DNA of 63,780 nt, counting the filler, from Craspedostauros australis (lineage: Eukaryota): NCBI GenBank assembly GCA_030167865.1. It is 14 parts of 14 records of this genome, joined end to end, with 100 filler letters (N's around TTAATTAATTAA, not from the genome) between each part and the next. Parts side by side here need not be neighbours in the genome. Positions count along the whole stretch, not along the records: positions 57,091 to 61,693 come from JALAGF010006115.1; positions 61,794 to 63,780 come from JALAGF010006124.1; 12 more parts are not named here. One strand, 5' to 3'. Every line of letters begins with the position of its first letter. Position 1 is the first letter of the stretch. Of this stretch, positions 59,255 through 63,780 are shown in pieces. The notes under the pieces were generated by a model, which saw only the letters and a program-made list of their open reading frames with translations, was not told the origin of the DNA and did no database searches. The position numbers were made by a program, and so were the translations under genes.

Positions 59255-61220
59255 AGAGTGAGATTAAATTCCATGAAATAAACAAGTAGTAACTTAGTGC
59301 ACCTTCACTGTTGCAATATAGCTGTCATTGAATGTACCTTGGCCTTGTCGAGTAGTCACACCATGCCTTTCTGAAACTGCAAAGTGAGGCGACAATTATT
59401 GGAAGAGTTGGACGCGAACGAGCACGAAGCACAGAATAGCACCGTAACGATGTTGCCATTTGTGACGGATATGACGAGAGATTTTCTCGCAGCCCAATCA
59501 AGCACAATGGACAGCCAAGGGGAACCAACAAAGACGCCACCATTTCCAGAGAGTACGCATGGCGTTCCTTTGTTTTCAAAGCTGTATGACCCAGCAGCAT
59601 GAGCATGTGGACCCGACCTATGCTGGGCGCTGTGCACTTGCGTGGTTTAGACAAGCAATGGCTGAACAAGGTATGNNNNNNNNNNNNNNNNNNNNNNNNN
59701 NNNNNNNNNNNNNNNNNNNNNNNNNAGAGTGAGATTAAATTCCATGAAATAAACAAGTAGTAACTTAGTGCACCTTCACTGTTGCAATATAGCTGTCATT
59801 GAATGTACCATGACCTTGCCGAGTAGTCACACCATGCCTTTCTGAAACTGCGAAGTGAGGCAACAATTATTGGAAGAGTTGGACGCGAACGAGCACGAAG
59901 CACAGAATAGCACCGTAACGATGTTGCCATTTGTGACGGATATGACGAGAGATTTTCTCGCAGCCCAATCAAGCACAATGGACAGCCAAGGGGAACCAAC
60001 AAAGACGCCACCATTTCCAGAGAGTACGCATGGCGTTCCTTTGTTTTCAAAGCTGTATGACCCAGCAGCATGAGCATGTGGACCCGACCTATGCTGGGCG
60101 CTGTGCACTTGCGTGGTTTAGACAAGCAATGGCTGAACAAGGTATGCGCCGGCCGTCGGCTTCAATTTCAATTCATTCAACAGGGATTGATATTCAATCA
60201 ATCTTGATCCATGACTTCCCTCGGGTCTGCGGTTGTGAACATCGCAACAAAACGAACGAGACAGATCGTAGCAGTATGGTGGTGCGGTGACTGAGGCTTG
60301 TTGGAAGTCGGATCAGCCTGGGGTTTGTGTTGCATCGACGTTTTGCGATGCTGTCGTGAGATTCCTCACAGCCAGCACCACAGGCAATCCTTCTGTTACA
60401 ATCCAGTTGTATGGCATCATTGAGAAGGTCAATGGTATTGGTCAGGAACAGTAGTCACAGCTCATATTCTGGGTGATGACTTGATCTTCTCTCTGGCAGT
60501 TGATGTCGTGCTGTGATGAATTGAGACAAGCCAAAAGCGGCGCACCACCACATCAACGAAAATGCCGCTTGTGATGTNNNNNNNNNNNNNNNNNNNNNNN
60601 NNNNNNNNNNNNNNNNNNNNNNNNNNNGCCAAGGGGAACCAACAAAGACATCACTATTTCTAGATAGTATGCATGGCGCTGCTTCATTTTCAAAGCTGTA
60701 TGACCCAGCAGCATGAGCATGTGGACCCGACCTATGCTGGGCGCTGTGCACTTGCATGGTTTAGACAAGCAATGGCTAAACAAGGTATGCGCCGGCCGTC
60801 GGCTTCAATTTCAATTCATTCAACAGGGATTTATATTCAATCAATCTTGATCCATGACTTCCCTCGGGTCTGCGGTTGTGAACATCGCAACAAAACGAAC
60901 GAGACAGATCGTAGCAGTATGGTGGTGCGGTGACTGAGGCTTGTTGGAAGTCGGATCAGCCTGGGGTTTGTGTTGCATCGACGTTTTGCGATGCTGTCGT
61001 GAGATTCCTCACAGCCAGCACCACAGGCAATCCTTCTGTTACAATCCAGTTGTATGGCATCGTTGAGAAGGTCAATGGTATTGGTCAGGAACAGTAGTCA
61101 CAGCTCATATTCTGGGTGATGACTTGATCTTCTCTGTGGCAGTTGATGTCATGCTGTGATGAATTGAGACAAGCCAAAAGCGGCGCACCACCACATCAAC
61201 GAAAATGCCGCTTGTGATGT
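59255..61220. repeat. Overlapping near-identical blocks repeated across 50-N gaps (alleles or paralogues)
   Basis: 59255-59675 matches 59726-60146; about 59984-60577 matches 60628-61220. Confidence 0.85.
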
Positions 61221-61793
61221 TCCAGCCATCACGAGAAAATGAGATCCACACAGGAACAACAGAAGCGCCACCACCACAAGAACCCGCCGTTGTTGTTGGG
61301 GACACAGCAACCAGTCCCCTCGCAGGGACAGCACCCTCAATCAATCACTTTCGTGAACCAATCCGAATCACGAATGAGTCAGCTGAGGAAAAATTCAAAT
61401 GTCAGTATTGGGTCGTATTAGTCAATCGAGGATTCTGACTGGCATGTTTGGCGATAGACTCCGACAGAAATAACTCCATTTTCACTTTTTCCGACAACTC
61501 CCAACAGCACAGTGCACACTGGTCAATGCTGACTCCTTGACTGGTCGTTACGACCTGCAGAGAATGTAAAATGGGTCACGATAGCACTAGTTGTGGAGTT
61601 TTACTCGTCATGAGTCGTGATAAAGTAGACTAAAATAGAGCACACCCAAAACCATCCAAACAACTGCTTATGATGTTATATCTCAACAACACANNNNNNN
61701 NNNNNNNNNNNNNNNNNNNNNNNNNNNNNNNNNNNNNTTAATTAATTAANNNNNNNNNNNNNNNNNNNNNNNNNNNNNNNNNNNNNNNNNNNN

Positions 61794-63780
61794 CAGCTGG
61801 CTTCCAGATGGCCACACCTTCATTGTGGTCTCCAGGAAGACTTTGGGGTACAACCGATGAGCTGTCTTCACGATGCCAATGAACTTCGCACCCAGCTCTG
61901 TTTCAAGCGCATTGGTGGTCTCCACAGACGCGAACCACGAGTCTCCCAGGAAGATGCTCTTGCCCTGGTTGAACTGTGGATCATCCAGAGATTTCGAAGG
62001 ATCGGTGCAGACGTTGGTTGCTGCTGCCATGCGAAGGGTGCATGCAGCGTTCTTGCCCTTCACCCTGTCAAGGAAGGCCGCACCCTCCATTCCCTCCTTG
62101 CCCCGTTGGATCTCCAAGAACAGCATGATCCCTGTCCCTCCATCGGCAACGGTCTTGAATTCCACGCCCAGCGGCTCAGGTTTGCGGCAGACGAAGGATA
62201 GGTGAGGAAGGTTCCCATTCTTGGTTGTTCGTGTCTTGAAGGCACTCATGGATTCATCCGTCACCTTCAGTGTGCTTGCGCACATGATCTCCGCCCGCTT
62301 CGCGTTGAAAGCATCCACACCTGGTTGAATTTGCCACCATGGATCTGAGAATTGCTTGGATGCATCCGTGAAGATGTGTGGGATCAGTGATTCTTGGATG
62401 GCACGAAACCGATAATTCTTCATGTGGTCGGTGACGTCCATTGGCTGTTTGAATCCTTCAGTGTCTCTGTCGCCCCACAGGCAGGATGTGCCTTTGATAG
62501 TGCCCAGAAGGAGCAATCCAAAGAACACCCAAAACTCGTGATGAGATATGAGGTGATTGTCGATCTGATCCTCTGATATTCTTGAGGGAAGTTGCCTTGT
62601 GATGATCCTTTGATTGAGCTTGTCAACCTGGGCCTTCCAGTTGCCAGGCCACATGTGCTGTAGGAGATGCAGCATGTTGATACGTTGGTACCTGCTGTCC
62701 CTGCCCCTGCCCGCGACGGTTAGGTTGGCGAAGTCAAAGTTTGCAACCCCTACCCACTCCCGTGAAGATCCATCTTTGGGGCTGCCAATGTGGTCATCTG
62801 GTACAGCCTTCCACGTCATTACGTCGGCTTGAGATCCCATGCTGATGGAGGTGTTGTCGGAGATCAGTGTGGCCTTCTCTGCATGATGTGGTTCATAGTG
62901 GAGGATTTGTTCCTCCATCTCAATNNNNNNNNNNNNNNNNNNNNNNNNNNNNNNNNNNNNNNNNNNNNNNNNNNNNNNNNNNNNNNNNNNNNNNNNNNNN
63001 NNNNNGCCGTCAATACTGACTTTGTTGGTTGGGGGCGTGTGCGAAGAGTTTGTTGGTTGGGAAGTCGCGGCCGGAACGTTGGTCAGGTGAATGTTGATGG
63101 GAGGAGAGTTCAGTGGTAGAGAAGTTGCAGCCAGATTGTTGCTTGGGAGAATGTTGCTGGATGGAGAGTTCGTCCCAATACCCAAGTCTTGGCTGACTGC
63201 AGGTGCATCTGCCGGTCCAGTGATCGCCTCTGGTGGCGGGAGGAATCTGTGGCTCTTCGCAAANNNNNNNNNNNNNNNNNNNNNNNNNNNNNNNNNNNNN
63301 NNNNNNNNNNNNNGTCGGAGATCAGTGTGGCCTTCTCTGCATGATGTGGTTCATAGTGGAGGATTTGTTCCTCCATCTCAATTGCATAATTCAACACATC
63401 GTTGTCAAAGTTGTTGTCAATGTTGCAATCCATAGATGCGTCATCCTCCGGCTCTTTGGATCCGCCGTCAATACTGACTTTGTTGGTTGGGGGCGTGCGC
63501 AAAGAGTTCGTTGGTTGGGAAGTCGCGGCCAGAACGTTGGTCAGGTGAATGTTGATGGGAGGAGAGTTCAGTGGTAGAGAAGTTGCAGCTGGATTGTTGC
63601 TCGGGAGAATGTTGCTGGATGGAGAGTTTGTCCCAACACCCAAGTCTTGGCTGACTGCAGGCGCATCCGCCGGTCCAGTGATCGCCTCTGGTGGCAGGAG
63701 GAATCTGTGGCTCTTCGCAAAAGCATCCAATGCCGCAACTCCTTTTCCAACGAAGATGGTTTGAATGTATTCTTTGACCT
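61794..63780 (-). mobile_element. piggyBac-like (DDE_Tnp_1_7) transposase, truncated; N-terminus duplicated across a gap
   Basis: TDESMSAFK, LPHLSFVCRKPEPLGVEFK, GDSWFASV, FIGIVKTAHRLYPK. Confidence 0.88.

Overview
This window is not one contiguous locus. It is 14 short eukaryotic scaffolds joined by artificial 100-bp linkers (44 N + TTAATTAATTAA + 44 N), and many internal 50-N gaps are flanked by near-duplicated sequence (unmerged alleles or paralogues). The gene and transposon content looks diatom-like (inference). Mobile elements dominate. There are six Ty1/copia pieces: three related families sharing an unexplained domain between Gag and protease, one with a chromodomain-like module, one with a long IN-RT insert, and one nested insertion. 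There is also an APE+RT+RNase H non-LTR retrotransposon (Ambal-like), three piggyBac-like fragments, a Sola3-like transposase with a long structured terminal repeat, and an intron-containing Harbinger/ISL2EU-type transposase. Host genes are a three-exon secreted trypsin, an LRR pseudogene and a Cys-rich repeat protein family. The strongest signal: two diverged copia families have no tRNA primer-binding site and instead carry the same perfect palindrome, CGTTTATAAACG, directly against the LTR end, flanked by conserved hairpins. This is a candidate tRNA-independent priming or dimerisation system. Many transposon lesions are CpG transitions, consistent with methylation-driven decay.
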